Positions 54,051 through 64,000 of a stretch of 64,000 bases of DNA are shown in pieces; the stretch's first letter is position 1, and every line of letters begins with the position of its first letter. A model generated the notes under the pieces. That model was not told the origin of the DNA, made no database searches, and saw only the letters and a list, made by a program, of their open reading frames with translations. A program made the position numbers and the translations under genes. This stretch comes from a phage, in sequence record PZ386964.1. The stretch is one strand, 5' to 3'.

Positions 54051-54536
54051 ATGACAAAATCAAAAATGATAGAAAAACAGATTAAGGCACTTCAATCTAT
54101 GAAGGGTCTTACTGTTGAGGCAGGATGGTTTGATTCTACCAGATACCCTTCAGAAACTGGTGGAGAAGGCATACTGGTGTCAGAAGTCGCGCGGCTTAAC
54201 GAGTTTGGTCACATAGCCGTTTTGAACTTTGGACAAGGCCCAGTCAGGGTAGAAGTGCCACCCAGACCATTCATGAGATATGCCTATGAATTATTCGTTA
54301 GTGAGCGCAGTGAAATAGAGAATAAAATTGCTAAAAAAATTTTTTCCGGTAAAATAGACGCTAGACAGGCATTGGGTCAAATTGGGCTTGCGATGGAAGC
54401 AAAGATTGTCGAATCAATTAAAAACGGACCGTGGCAACCAAACGCCAGATATACTGTCCGTGTGAAGGGATTCGACAAGCCTTTGATTCACACTAGCCTC
54501 ATGTGGCAATCTGTCAGCAGCCAAGTCATTAAATAA
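54051..54536 (+). CDS. Hypothetical structural protein (tail completion candidate)
   Basis: Internal ATG right after the previous stop; 161 aa. Confidence 0.45.
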   Translation: MTKSKMIEKQIKALQSMKGLTVEAGWFDSTRYPSETGGEGILVSEVARLNEFGHIAVLNFGQGPVRVEVPPRPFMRYAYELFVSERSEIENKIAKKIFSGKIDARQALGQIGLAMEAKIVESIKNGPWQPNARYTVRVKGFDKPLIHTSLMWQSVSSQVIK

Positions 54537-54548
54537 GAGGACACCGAC

Positions 54549-56087
54549 GTGATCAGTCAATCTCGTTATATTAAAATTGTATCAGGGGTCGGAGCAGGCG
54601 CGGCTGTTGCAGTTCGCAAACTGTCGCTTCGCGTCATGACTTCTAATACAGTTCTGCCGCCCGGCATTGTAGCAGAATTTTCAACGGCTGATGCTGTTGG
54701 ATCATATTTCGGTTATTCTTCCGAGGAATATAAGCGCGCAGCATTATATTTTGGATTCATCAGCAAGCAAATTAACTCGCCTGATTCAATCAGCTTCTCG
54801 CGTATTGTTTCAACTGCGATTCCAGCAATGGTAATCGGTGATACTGAGCCTAAAGTGCTTGCTACGTTTCAAGCATTCACTGGCGCTATCTTAAGCATCA
54901 CTTACGATGGCACAGACTACCTGACTGACGCAATTAACCTTTCAGCGGCGACAAGTCTGGCGAATGTTGCTGAACTTCTGGAGACGGCAATCAATACTAA
55001 ATTTGCAGCAGAAGGTGGCACATCGGTGCCTGCACTTGCTGATGCAGAAGTGTATTGGAACGCTAACACTCAGCAGTTCACGCTGGAAGCAGCGCCGTCG
55101 ACCGCTGGTGCAGGAAATCTGTCTATCAACGTCACAGGCCAACCGACCGACCCGTCTCAAGCATTGGGTTGGACCACCACTGGAACCGTAACTGTTGCAG
55201 GCCAGGGCGTTTCAAGTCCGGTAGAAGCAATCGCAGCATCTGTGGAAATCTCCAACAACTTTGGCTCATTCCTTTTTGCTGGGGCTGACCGAACTCTGGA
55301 AGAAATTACCGCTGTGGCAGCGTGGACTCATTCGCAGAATAATATGTACATGTATTTATTCTCGACTTCGTTCGCCAATATCGGGTCATACTACACCGCT
55401 CTGAAAGGGTACTCAGGTGTTGGCATGATGATTCGCGCAACTAACCTTGCCAACGATTACATCGACCAAGCGCCTGCTGAAATCCTCGCGGCAACAAACT
55501 ATAATACTGTGAATGCAACTCAAAACTACATGTATTATCAGTTTGACACTCGCAACGTGACTGTTTCAACTGACTCTCGCGCAGATACTGCTGATCAAAA
55601 CCGTGCCAACTACATCGGCGCTACTCAGCAGGCCGGACAAACATTGGCGTTCTTCCAGCGCGGTGTATTGATGGGCGGGTCAACTGCAGCAGTTGATATG
55701 AACACTTATGCCAACGAAATGTGGCTCAAGTCTGCTATTACATCTCAGCTGTTTAGCATGTTCTTGAATCTGGGTCGCGTGCCTGCTAACGAAGAAGGGA
55801 AAGCGACTGTACAAGCCATGATTCAGGTTGCTGTGGATAACGCAAAAGTAAACGGCACCATCTCTGTTGGCAAGGCGCTGACTGAGATTCAGAAACAATA
55901 CATCACGCAAACTTCCGGTGACAACACTGCTTGGCGACAGGTTGAAACTATCGGTTACTGGCTGACTGTAGATTTTGATACTGAAACCACTTCCGATGGG
56001 CGCACCGAATACTATGCAACATACACGCTAATCTACTCTAAAGATGATGCTGTGCGTCGCGTTGAAGGTCGTGACGTTCTTATCTAA
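54549..56087 (+). CDS. Tail sheath protein (putative)
   Basis: 512-aa protein (GTG start, AAGAGGA site) immediately upstream of tube-like genes. Confidence 0.5.
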   Translation: MISQSRYIKIVSGVGAGAAVAVRKLSLRVMTSNTVLPPGIVAEFSTADAVGSYFGYSSEEYKRAALYFGFISKQINSPDSISFSRIVSTAIPAMVIGDTEPKVLATFQAFTGAILSITYDGTDYLTDAINLSAATSLANVAELLETAINTKFAAEGGTSVPALADAEVYWNANTQQFTLEAAPSTAGAGNLSINVTGQPTDPSQALGWTTTGTVTVAGQGVSSPVEAIAASVEISNNFGSFLFAGADRTLEEITAVAAWTHSQNNMYMYLFSTSFANIGSYYTALKGYSGVGMMIRATNLANDYIDQAPAEILAATNYNTVNATQNYMYYQFDTRNVTVSTDSRADTADQNRANYIGATQQAGQTLAFFQRGVLMGGSTAAVDMNTYANEMWLKSAITSQLFSMFLNLGRVPANEEGKATVQAMIQVAVDNAKVNGTISVGKALTEIQKQYITQTSGDNTAWRQVETIGYWLTVDFDTETTSDGRTEYYATYTLIYSKDDAVRRVEGRDVLI

Positions 56088-56134
56088 ATAATTGCCGCCG
56101 TCACTGGCGGCCATCTCTCTGAGAGGAATCTGTA

Positions 56135-56602
56135 ATGATTAACGTTTCCGGTTTTGGCGCTTCGATTCGTTTAGTGGCATCAAACACTTTTCCAAATGGT
56201 GTAACTCTTTCTGATTTCGCAGATGATGCTGATCCGATTGACGCGCCTGATCTTCAAATCTCTGAAGCAGCAATGGGATTGAACGGTGACCTGGTAGTCT
56301 GGAACCGTGCCAACCCTCTTGAAGTAGGCGTCAACATCATCCCTACTTCTGAAAGCGATGTGAACTTAGATGTTCTGGCAGCGGCTAACCGTGTAGGCAA
56401 GCGCAAGAACTCTGCGAAAGACGTGATCACCCTTATTCTGACCTATCCTTCTGGCATGGTCATCACACTGAACAAGGGCACTTTGACGACTGGTTCAGTG
56501 ATTCCTGGCATCCAGTCTCAGGGTCGTGTAAAAACACGTCAATATCGCTTTAAGTTTGAGAACGTAGTCAAAACTGGCGTGAGCAACCAAGAGATTTTAT
56601 AA
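56135..56602 (+). CDS. Tail tube protein (putative), paralog 1
   Basis: 155 aa; clear paralog of the 57553-58050 product (MINVSGFGASIRLVA... vs MVNISGFGTSIRIVA...). Confidence 0.5.
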   Translation: MINVSGFGASIRLVASNTFPNGVTLSDFADDADPIDAPDLQISEAAMGLNGDLVVWNRANPLEVGVNIIPTSESDVNLDVLAAANRVGKRKNSAKDVITLILTYPSGMVITLNKGTLTTGSVIPGIQSQGRVKTRQYRFKFENVVKTGVSNQEIL

Positions 56603-56931
56603 TGTATCAAATACCACTTGACAGCGTACCTAACCAGAATATCAGCTTTAACGTTGACGGTGCTTATTGGCAGCTGCACATATTCGCCGCAATTGAGCAC
56701 ATGTGCGCAGATGTTTACCGCAATGGCGAACTGTTGATTCAGGGGGTGCGTTGTTTTGGTGGTATACCAATGGTGCCTTATAAATATCTCATGATTGGGT
56801 ACGGCAACTTTATTTTTGACAGCGTACCCGATTATGAGAATTTTAACTCTGGCGGCTGTAATTTATATTACATGTCAGAATCTGAGTTGGCTGAATTCCA
56901 GAAGACTGCTGAAGCGGAGTTTGCAATTTGA
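56602..56931 (+). CDS. Hypothetical tail protein
   Basis: 109-aa ORF, TAATG-coupled. Confidence 0.45.
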   Translation: MYQIPLDSVPNQNISFNVDGAYWQLHIFAAIEHMCADVYRNGELLIQGVRCFGGIPMVPYKYLMIGYGNFIFDSVPDYENFNSGGCNLYYMSESELAEFQKTAEAEFAI

Positions 56932-57284
56932 CAACTCTAACGATTGAAGTTAATGATAACAACGACCTGTTTCTGCCTGATGGAAGAAATTTGAATATTC
57001 TGTCAGGAGAGAAGGCTATGGTACAAGTCATCAAGGCGGCGCATCAAATGCGACTTGGTGAAGACTTGTACGATGTTGAAAACGGAGTCGATTATTTAGG
57101 CACTGTTTTCAAATCGCCCGTTGATGAAGACGGTGCGAGAAAGTCGATTGCAGATGCTATTCTGAAGAAAGCAGACGTTGCCGGAATCGACTCATTGACT
57201 GTCACCATCCAAAACGGTATTCTTGGATTCACCGCTGAAGTGGTGACTATTTATGGCGAACGTATAAAGGTGAGTAATCAATAA
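56928..57284 (+). CDS. Hypothetical tail protein
   Basis: 118-aa ORF, ATGA-coupled. Confidence 0.45.
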   Translation: MTTLTIEVNDNNDLFLPDGRNLNILSGEKAMVQVIKAAHQMRLGEDLYDVENGVDYLGTVFKSPVDEDGARKSIADAILKKADVAGIDSLTVTIQNGILGFTAEVVTIYGERIKVSNQ

Positions 57285-57550
57285 TGGCACAAGTAATTCA
57301 TTTTGCTAATGGCGTCATGAAATTTGGCGAAAAATTTGAAGACGCATCGGAATTATTCAACAAGACTTCAAAGCCTGTTGCGGAGAAGAAAGAACAGGTC
57401 GAAGAGAAGACATTAGAGTCAAAAGTTGATTTTGATTCAATGAGCGTCTCTGAATTGAAGGCTTATGCAAAGGAACATGAGATTGACATCAAAGGTCTTT
57501 CTTATAAGGATGAAATTCTTGCGGCAGTTAAATCTGCATCTGCGGAGTAA
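57284..57550 (+). CDS. Hypothetical small protein
   Basis: 88-aa charged ORF. Confidence 0.45.
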   Translation: MAQVIHFANGVMKFGEKFEDASELFNKTSKPVAEKKEQVEEKTLESKVDFDSMSVSELKAYAKEHEIDIKGLSYKDEILAAVKSASAE

Positions 57551-57552
57551 AT

Positions 57553-58050
57553 ATGGTCAATATTAGTGGATTTGGCACAAGCATTAGAATTGTCGCTCTT
57601 CAATCTTTTCCTGTTGGGCTGAATATCAGTTCTTTGTCTGATGACCAGGATTCGCTAATTATTGAGGAAGTTGAATCAGTAGGCTATCAACTTACTTATG
57701 ACGGCGGCATTTGTATTTACGACAAGGCCGCCGTCGTTCGCGTATCCATTGCGGTGATCCCAAACACTGAAGACGACATAAACCTAAAGCTTTTGCTTTC
57801 CGCTCGTAAAGGCGGATTCAAGTGGCTTCCTATACAGGATGTCACGTCAATGCTTATTACATATCCTGATGGCGGCAGAGTGGCATTCTCTAACGGAACG
57901 ATAATCAGCGGTCCGCTTGGCGACTCCATTGAGCAATCAGGCCGTCGCAAGACAAACCGATACACATTTGTGTTTGCCAGCTACGGCGGCGCACAGAGCA
58001 CATCGCAAATTGCAAAAGGCGTGGTGCAGAGCATATTGGGGTCAATTTAA
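57553..58050 (+). CDS. Tail tube protein (putative), paralog 2
   Basis: 165 aa; paralogous to the 56135-56602 product along its length. Confidence 0.5.
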   Translation: MVNISGFGTSIRIVALQSFPVGLNISSLSDDQDSLIIEEVESVGYQLTYDGGICIYDKAAVVRVSIAVIPNTEDDINLKLLLSARKGGFKWLPIQDVTSMLITYPDGGRVAFSNGTIISGPLGDSIEQSGRRKTNRYTFVFASYGGAQSTSQIAKGVVQSILGSI

Positions 58051-58583
58051 TGGCTATCGATTTATTGTCATATAGTCTTTCCAACAGAAGCTTCACAATA
58101 AGAAGCTTCAACCTTGGGGAAGTGTCAACGCTTGGTTGGGCAATTGTTAACGTTAAAATAAGACTCCAAGCAAAGATATTCAAGAACCAAAGGGAAGATG
58201 GAAGCTATATTGTCGATGGCAGAGTCAAAATGCCTAGAATATTGACTGTGACTGTAATAGCACAGACAAAAAGCGCATCCGACGCAATCGCAAAGATGTT
58301 GCAGAACAGGTCCACGATATACACAATAAATTCTCGTGGGCTAATATTTGAACGTATGGTGCTGCAAAATAACAATTTCAGCCAAGATGCTGACAATATA
58401 ACTTCACAACCCATACAACTGGTATTCCACGAGATATTAACACAGCAGGATGTGTCTATTCAAACAGCGCAAGCAGCCGACTCTACTGTCATTGAGCGCG
58501 GCATCGCTTATATAAAAGAAACTACTGCCAGCGTCACTGGCGTTGCAACAAAGGTGATGAATGGCATCAAGGGGATGTTCTGA
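58050..58583 (+). CDS. Hypothetical tail protein
   Basis: 177-aa ORF, coupled. Confidence 0.45.
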   Translation: MAIDLLSYSLSNRSFTIRSFNLGEVSTLGWAIVNVKIRLQAKIFKNQREDGSYIVDGRVKMPRILTVTVIAQTKSASDAIAKMLQNRSTIYTINSRGLIFERMVLQNNNFSQDADNITSQPIQLVFHEILTQQDVSIQTAQAADSTVIERGIAYIKETTASVTGVATKVMNGIKGMF

Positions 58584-59143
58584 TGGACTTTGTTTCGATT
58601 CTGCTTTCTGGTCAATCTCTGACCATAACGAATGAGTCGACAGGGCTTCCTGTCTGGACAAGGCTTTCTCCAGTGTCTGCAGAAATAACATCACCAGCAG
58701 AAACTACTCAATTTCCACTTGCTGGAACGGCGATGCAGGTGGTGGAAGTATCAAGCACATCCTCAGTAAGCAATTTACAGGCGGCAAAAGTTATTATGCC
58801 AGCGCACATGGCGCTAAACGTAATTTGCAATGACCAATCGACTATTGAAAACATAATTAATGCATTCGACAATGATGAAGTTACATTTTCAATAACTTCT
58901 CGAAGCATAATTGCAAGCAAAATGTCGATGTCTGATGTTGAAATAACTCAGTCAGAAGAAAACCTGAATGGAGTCTCAATTGTAATAACATTTGAACAGA
59001 CGTCATTTAGTATTCAAGGAAGCTTTGACCCTAAACAGTCCGCAGACGAATCGTCAAATGGAGTTGCTATTAAAGAACCAGTCAGTTTGACTACAACTGT
59101 GAGTTCGTTATATAATAAAATAAAATCAACGGTAGGAATATAA
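58583..59143 (+). CDS. Hypothetical tail protein
   Basis: 186-aa ORF, coupled. Confidence 0.45.
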   Translation: MDFVSILLSGQSLTITNESTGLPVWTRLSPVSAEITSPAETTQFPLAGTAMQVVEVSSTSSVSNLQAAKVIMPAHMALNVICNDQSTIENIINAFDNDEVTFSITSRSIIASKMSMSDVEITQSEENLNGVSIVITFEQTSFSIQGSFDPKQSADESSNGVAIKEPVSLTTTVSSLYNKIKSTVGI

Positions 59144-59144
59144 A

Positions 59145-59561
59145 ATGAAGATCACCAATAAACAAACTGGTCGTAAAGTAGAAATTAAAATCAGCAAAAT
59201 GACTGCGATGGAAGGTTGGAACATACAGCGCCGATTCATCGAATTTGCGATGTCAAAAGACCCTGCCTTTCGTTCAGAATACACAATGGAAGTATTAAGC
59301 TTTGCGAAGGTTGAACTTGATGTCGGGCAAGAAATTCCTCTGAGCACTGGCGCACTTATTGACAACCATCTTGGCGACTGGGAAAACTTAAAATTGGTTT
59401 TCGAAGCAGTGTTGATGGAAAACGGAATCAACCCAGAGACTCACGCTGAACGTGAAGGATACTGGGAACAAGCCGGCGGCGAAATGGCTGCAGCATTTAT
59501 TGGCGAATCGATGCGATTAATCGCGCCATTCCTCAGCGGCGAGACTCCAAACAAGGGGTAA
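59145..59561 (+). CDS. Tail assembly chaperone (putative)
   Basis: 138-aa ORF immediately upstream of the tape measure gene. Confidence 0.4.
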   Translation: MKITNKQTGRKVEIKISKMTAMEGWNIQRRFIEFAMSKDPAFRSEYTMEVLSFAKVELDVGQEIPLSTGALIDNHLGDWENLKLVFEAVLMENGINPETHAEREGYWEQAGGEMAAAFIGESMRLIAPFLSGETPNKG

Positions 59562-59564
59562 ACT

Positions 59565-61745
59565 GTGTCTGACTCATTAGAAAAATTTGTTCTTCAATAT
59601 ACGGTGGACTTGAAAGAGTCCATCAATCGTCTTGAGCAATTGCAAGATAAGGTTGATCAGACAAACAAAAAGGCAAAGGCCGCTGGTAAGGACTTCACCG
59701 GAGCATTCAAAGATGTGTTTGGTGAGTTGAAGCCTCTCACAGCTGAACTGGGGTCTATTGACGGAATCCTTGCGCGGCTTACTTATCGCTTTGCCGCGCT
59801 TGTGCCTGTTGTCGCAGGATTGGCTGTCGTTGTCAAATCCATTGTTGATGTTCGAAAAGAATATGAAGCGCAAAGGAAGCTGGGATTTGAAGCAGGTCTT
59901 TCACCAATCGGAGTGGAACAACTACAGCGACAATTGAATGAAAGTTCAGGCGGAGTTCTTGGTGCGCAAGGGTCAAGGGATTTGATCAGCAAAGCTTCTA
60001 ATCTCGCATTCAACGCATACACCAACCCAGATGTGATGAACAAGGACAACTTGTTGCTGAACAAGATGGGCACCAGTCCTTTCAACAGTAACGGCGGCAT
60101 CAAAGACACAAACCAGCTTCTTGATGAAATTGGCACAAAGCTGAGAAGTGTGAATGAGCAAACCGCTCGTGCTATTGGTGCTCTGGCAGGTTTTACCGCC
60201 GATGAAGTCCGTGCGCTTCGTGAGCGAAATCAATCAGTCAAAGAAAGTACCCGTATAAGCGACGAAGAAACCGCGAAGCTGCAAAGACAGCAGGCCGCGC
60301 TTGAAACGATACGAAACAGCATGGGCCAAATTCAAGAAGACTGGCGACGCATTGAACTGGTAATCGGTGAGAACGTGATGCCTGCATTCTCGACGCTTGT
60401 CAGCAAAACCGCCGATACAGTCGAAGGATTCCAGATGATGTTCCAAAGAATGTCTGATGGATGGTCCGAATTTGTCGACAATTTCATTGCTGACTTGAAG
60501 CACCCGTTTGATAAACAGGCGGCTGTCAACGAGCGCCACGAGCGTGCCGTTGACAGATGGATCACACAGATGGCAGACGGCGATGTGAAACGTCAGAGGA
60601 ACCAGGAGCAAAACGCGGCTGAACAACGTTCTGCGCAAGCACTTTTCACTCGCGACATCAACCTGTTTTCAAGTGCTGTTTCAACTTTTGCTGGCGTCAT
60701 TGATGAGCGACAAGCGTGGGCTGCATGGGCTGGTGAGATAGGACGAAGTGCAGGCCAATCCGCGATGCCTGGAACGCCAGCACTAAGCACTGGTGCGACC
60801 GTAGGCAACAACTTGGGGTCAGGCAATCCGACTGCATATGACTCAATCTATGAGGAAGCCTCCAAGCGTTATGGAATCCCTGTTGCAATGATGAAGGCCG
60901 TCACAGAAGTCGAATCTGGATTCAACCCTAATGCTGTGAGCGGAGCAGGCGCGACCGGATTGATGCAGATAATGCCTTCCAACTTCAAGGGACTTGGCAT
61001 CACAGACGGTAACGACCCAAGGCAAAACATTATGGGCGGCGCTCAACTTCTCAAGGAATATTTAACCGCTGCCAATGGCGATTGGAATCTTGCTCTGACT
61101 ATGTATCACGGTGGATATGACCGAAGCGGATGGGGAAAGAACACTCGTGCATATCCTGGCAAGGTGATGGCCGCTCTCGACCGACAGGCGAATGGAGAAT
61201 ACGCCACGGGAGCGCCGCAAGGTGCACCAGTGACTCCAGTCCTTAGCGGTAGCGGAGCAGAAGTGCCGAAAGGCAGCTACGCACCAGTACAAGGCCAATC
61301 CCGCCAAACGGTGCAATACCGACAGTTGCAAGAAGCAATTGCAGGATACCTCAACGTGCCAGTTGAGCAGTTGATGCAAGGGCAAGTTAACAAAGGTGAT
61401 ATTGACTTTGCTCAAACTTACCTTAAACTTGGAACGCAAAGGGATTATATTAAAAACATGCAGCTGGCTTCAACCCCAGGTGTAAGACCGAACATTCAGG
61501 CCGAAGCGATGAAGAACGCTCGTCTTGCGGCGTTCCAGCTTGAGGCATTCCAAAAATACGGCGGCGACCTTTCCGCGAATAGTCGACCTGGTGGGCGTGA
61601 TATTACTATGGGTCAGAAAAACGTTGTCATCAACGTCAACGGCGCTCAAGACCCACGCAGCACGGCATTCGAGACAAAACGAGTGCTTGAACAAGATGAT
61701 ATCAACGACATAAACAACCTTACTGCTACACCTTTGAAGTGGTGA
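59565..61745 (+). CDS. Tape measure protein with C-terminal lytic transglycosylase domain
   Basis: 726 aa, GTG start with AAGGGG site; helical N-terminal two thirds; C-terminal motifs TEVESGFNPNAVS, GATGLMQIMPSNF and GGAQLLKEY typical of soluble lytic transglycosylases. Confidence 0.7.
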   Translation: MSDSLEKFVLQYTVDLKESINRLEQLQDKVDQTNKKAKAAGKDFTGAFKDVFGELKPLTAELGSIDGILARLTYRFAALVPVVAGLAVVVKSIVDVRKEYEAQRKLGFEAGLSPIGVEQLQRQLNESSGGVLGAQGSRDLISKASNLAFNAYTNPDVMNKDNLLLNKMGTSPFNSNGGIKDTNQLLDEIGTKLRSVNEQTARAIGALAGFTADEVRALRERNQSVKESTRISDEETAKLQRQQAALETIRNSMGQIQEDWRRIELVIGENVMPAFSTLVSKTADTVEGFQMMFQRMSDGWSEFVDNFIADLKHPFDKQAAVNERHERAVDRWITQMADGDVKRQRNQEQNAAEQRSAQALFTRDINLFSSAVSTFAGVIDERQAWAAWAGEIGRSAGQSAMPGTPALSTGATVGNNLGSGNPTAYDSIYEEASKRYGIPVAMMKAVTEVESGFNPNAVSGAGATGLMQIMPSNFKGLGITDGNDPRQNIMGGAQLLKEYLTAANGDWNLALTMYHGGYDRSGWGKNTRAYPGKVMAALDRQANGEYATGAPQGAPVTPVLSGSGAEVPKGSYAPVQGQSRQTVQYRQLQEAIAGYLNVPVEQLMQGQVNKGDIDFAQTYLKLGTQRDYIKNMQLASTPGVRPNIQAEAMKNARLAAFQLEAFQKYGGDLSANSRPGGRDITMGQKNVVINVNGAQDPRSTAFETKRVLEQDDINDINNLTATPLKW

Positions 61746-61749
61746 TAAT

Positions 61750-62622
61750 TTGAAAAAGAGAATCCTTAAAGTCACCTTATCTATGCCGGATGGCACAAGC
61801 CAAGTGCTTGATGAAGGATTGATGCTTAGGTGCCGAATCAAAAAGGCAGCACTTTCCGTTCAGAATAAGGCCACGATTGAAGTCGCAGGATTGACAGGGT
61901 ACTTGAGAGAGTACCTGCTTTCCAACTTTACGGCATTCAACAAACGTCTGCGTGATCAAGGTCAGCTGGAGGCGAACTACGTCAATGTGACTATTGAAGC
62001 TGGATACAGAGAGGGGAACGTAATCAGCAGCAACTTGGTATACAAGGGACAGGTGACGACAGTTGAGATAACAGCGCCGCCGCCGAATATAGTCATCAGA
62101 ATCACTTGTTACACCAACCAAATAAACAGAACTAAGTTCATTACTCAAGCTGCACCATCCAACCCGACTTTCAAAGAGTTCGTGGAGTGGTCGGCAAAGC
62201 AAATGGATATTGATACTGTTATATGCGATACTTCGATTAACAATCAGCGTCTTGTTAACCCAGGCCGCACAACATATGTTGCAGCAGCGTTGCTTCTTGA
62301 GATTCAGAACTATCAAAGGAACTCTATTGCGGCATATATCGATGATGATACGCTCATCGTTAAGGATAAAGACAAAATTCTTAATCCAGAACAGATCACG
62401 GTCATTGAGGAATTTGTCGGAATACCGATGTGGAACGAGTGGGGTGCAGACTTCACTTGTATGTATAACGCAGATTTGAAGCTTGCACAAGGTGTTAAAT
62501 TCAAATCAGTCTTAAACCCAAGCTTGAACGACACCACATTTGTCATCATGCAACTTGAATATGATTTAGCAAGTCGTGATGATATATTTACGGTGACGGG
62601 CGGCGTTGCACCATCGGCATAA
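61750..62622 (+). CDS. Hypothetical baseplate / distal tail protein
   Basis: 290-aa ORF (TTG start) right after the tape measure gene. Confidence 0.45.
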   Translation: MKKRILKVTLSMPDGTSQVLDEGLMLRCRIKKAALSVQNKATIEVAGLTGYLREYLLSNFTAFNKRLRDQGQLEANYVNVTIEAGYREGNVISSNLVYKGQVTTVEITAPPPNIVIRITCYTNQINRTKFITQAAPSNPTFKEFVEWSAKQMDIDTVICDTSINNQRLVNPGRTTYVAAALLLEIQNYQRNSIAAYIDDDTLIVKDKDKILNPEQITVIEEFVGIPMWNEWGADFTCMYNADLKLAQGVKFKSVLNPSLNDTTFVIMQLEYDLASRDDIFTVTGGVAPSA

Positions 62623-62624
62623 AT

Positions 62625-63146
62625 ATGAGAAAGAATAAAATAATCGACTTGTTTGGCGTGACTTATGAAATTCATCAATTCAGCGCAATAGACGCGTTTG
62701 AAATGGTTGATGCTATAAGCATATTAACTCCACTTGAATTATTAAGTGAATGTCATGTTATTAAATATGACGGAACTAAAGTCAGATTAAACTCTGAGAA
62801 GGCCATCAGTGAAGAAGTGAAAAGTGTGCCAAATCACTTGCCGCCAAACCTTGTATTGAAAGTTCTAATGGAAGCGGTAAAGAAGCACAATTTTGGATTC
62901 CTCAGTGATTGGAAAGGCACTAAGATTCCGAATAGATTCTTGGCTGACGTTCCGACCGTAGAGCCTAATTATCTTGAGCCGATGGTTGCAAGCCTAATAA
63001 ACAATGGTCTTGCTTCGTTAAAAGAATTGGAAGAATATTATTCATTGCGTGATGCATTCGCTATGTTTGATGGACTAATAGCAAAATCACTTAATGAAGC
63101 CTACTCAAACGAAGCTGCCATTAAAGAATCAAAGTCAAATCGCTAA
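62625..63146 (+). CDS. Hypothetical baseplate protein
   Basis: 173-aa ORF in the baseplate position. Confidence 0.45.
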   Translation: MRKNKIIDLFGVTYEIHQFSAIDAFEMVDAISILTPLELLSECHVIKYDGTKVRLNSEKAISEEVKSVPNHLPPNLVLKVLMEAVKKHNFGFLSDWKGTKIPNRFLADVPTVEPNYLEPMVASLINNGLASLKELEEYYSLRDAFAMFDGLIAKSLNEAYSNEAAIKESKSNR

Positions 63147-63203
63147 AATATTGCTTATAGACTCCTTATAGATTATAATTTGTTGATCAGATATAAGGAG
63201 TCT

Positions 63204-63932
63204 ATGATGGCAGAAAAGTTAACCCAACTTACAAGCCCCAACCAAACTGACAAATCAAGTATGTTTGCCGCGCTGCAGGGAATGCTGGACCGTGGCAAGT
63301 ATACCACTGACGGCATGATTCCTGCACAAGTAATATCTTATGACCGCAAACAGAATTTAGCAGTCATAAAGCCTGTTATTCATTTCGTAAGTCTTGATGA
63401 TAAACCAATAGAACGTCAACCATTGGTGTCAATTCCTGTATTGGCAATCGGCGGCGGCGGCTTCGTAATCAACTTCCCTTTGAAAGAAGGTGATTTGGGC
63501 TGGATATTCGCTGGCGACCGCGAGTTGTCGACATTCCTTGAAGAATTGAAGCCGACCGCGCCTACCAATGGTCGCGTGAAAACTTTCGCTGATGGACTGT
63601 TCATACCAGATGTATTCCGAAAATACACCATAAGCGGAGAGGATGCAGACTCAATGGTAATCCAGTCACTCAGCGGCGCTGTCCGAATCGCATTAAGTGA
63701 TGACTCGATAAACATAACCGCATCAGCTGGGGTAAACGTGAAAACACCAATTACCACTATCGACCAACAATTGATAGTGAATGGAAAGGCAACATTTAAT
63801 GGTGGTATAGAAGGGAAAGAAGGAACGACGGCAACGCTTCCGACTGGCACAACAATCGGCGGCACAAATGTATCCACTCACGGTCACATAGGTAACGGAC
63901 CTGGAAACAGAACTGGGGATATGATAGAATGA
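63204..63932 (+). CDS. Baseplate spike / gpV-like protein (putative)
   Basis: ATG after AAGGAG; small beta-rich N-terminal domain and Gly-rich C-terminus (TIGGTNVSTHGHIGNGPGN). Confidence 0.4.
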   Translation: MMAEKLTQLTSPNQTDKSSMFAALQGMLDRGKYTTDGMIPAQVISYDRKQNLAVIKPVIHFVSLDDKPIERQPLVSIPVLAIGGGGFVINFPLKEGDLGWIFAGDRELSTFLEELKPTAPTNGRVKTFADGLFIPDVFRKYTISGEDADSMVIQSLSGAVRIALSDDSINITASAGVNVKTPITTIDQQLIVNGKATFNGGIEGKEGTTATLPTGTTIGGTNVSTHGHIGNGPGNRTGDMIE

Positions 63933-64000
63933 GTGCACAATATTCTTACATAGTAAGCACTGGTGTAATAACCATCGACACAGCCGATTTGCTGGCTGAT
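63929..64000 (+). CDS. Hypothetical baseplate protein, 3'-truncated at the window edge
   Basis: ATGA-coupled start (MSAQYSYIVSTGVITIDTADLLAD...) running off the end of the window. Confidence 0.35.
   Translation, partial: MSAQYSYIVSTGVITIDTADLLAD

Noticed and set aside
61777-62490. 237-aa minus-strand ORF in the baseplate region
   Set aside because: Lies entirely antisense to a co-oriented, translationally coupled structural gene; Cys-rich composition is not protein-like.

Overview
The window reads as one contiguous stretch of a tailed dsDNA phage genome, probably a contractile-tail myovirus, with about 100 protein-coding genes in strand-switching blocks. All annotation is by eye from the supplied six-frame translations and the raw sequence; no searches were run. 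25-2186 (+): a 5'-truncated tail fiber with His-rich HxH repeats and a GH19-type endolysin. 2212-19895 (-): replication and nucleotide-metabolism genes, including DNA ligase, a MazG-like protein, embedded Rz/Rz1 spanins, an SSB-like protein, SNF2 helicase, VRR-NUC nuclease, DnaE-type polymerase with a DnaQ-like exonuclease, a short-chain dehydrogenase, a HAD phosphatase, a ThyX-like protein, an FAD-binding oxidoreductase, a lysine/alanine/glutamate-rich protein and a Dda/RecD-like helicase. 20056-32225 (+): a primase-like protein, a P-loop helicase and an array of small early genes with repeated terminator-promoter cassettes. 32.2-36.6 kb: an ORF-poor accessory region with iteron-like repeats around an AT-rich core, a co-oriented AATTTGCACTAT motif array, three small acidic paralogous proteins and a ~650-bp repeat-rich non-coding stretch. 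36558-41660 (-): small membrane proteins and a tail fiber with a C-terminal chaperone-like domain. 41838-64000 (+): the structural module, from large terminase through portal, MuF-like protein, capsid, sheath-like protein, two tube paralogs and tape measure to baseplate genes. The most unusual items are the two related iteron/AT-rich loci, the motif array and acidic-paralog module, a portal carrying a C-terminal inorganic-pyrophosphatase-like domain, and a ThyX-like gene with an altered motif inside an enzyme island that could be a nucleotide-modification module. No rRNA, tRNA or CRISPR array was seen.
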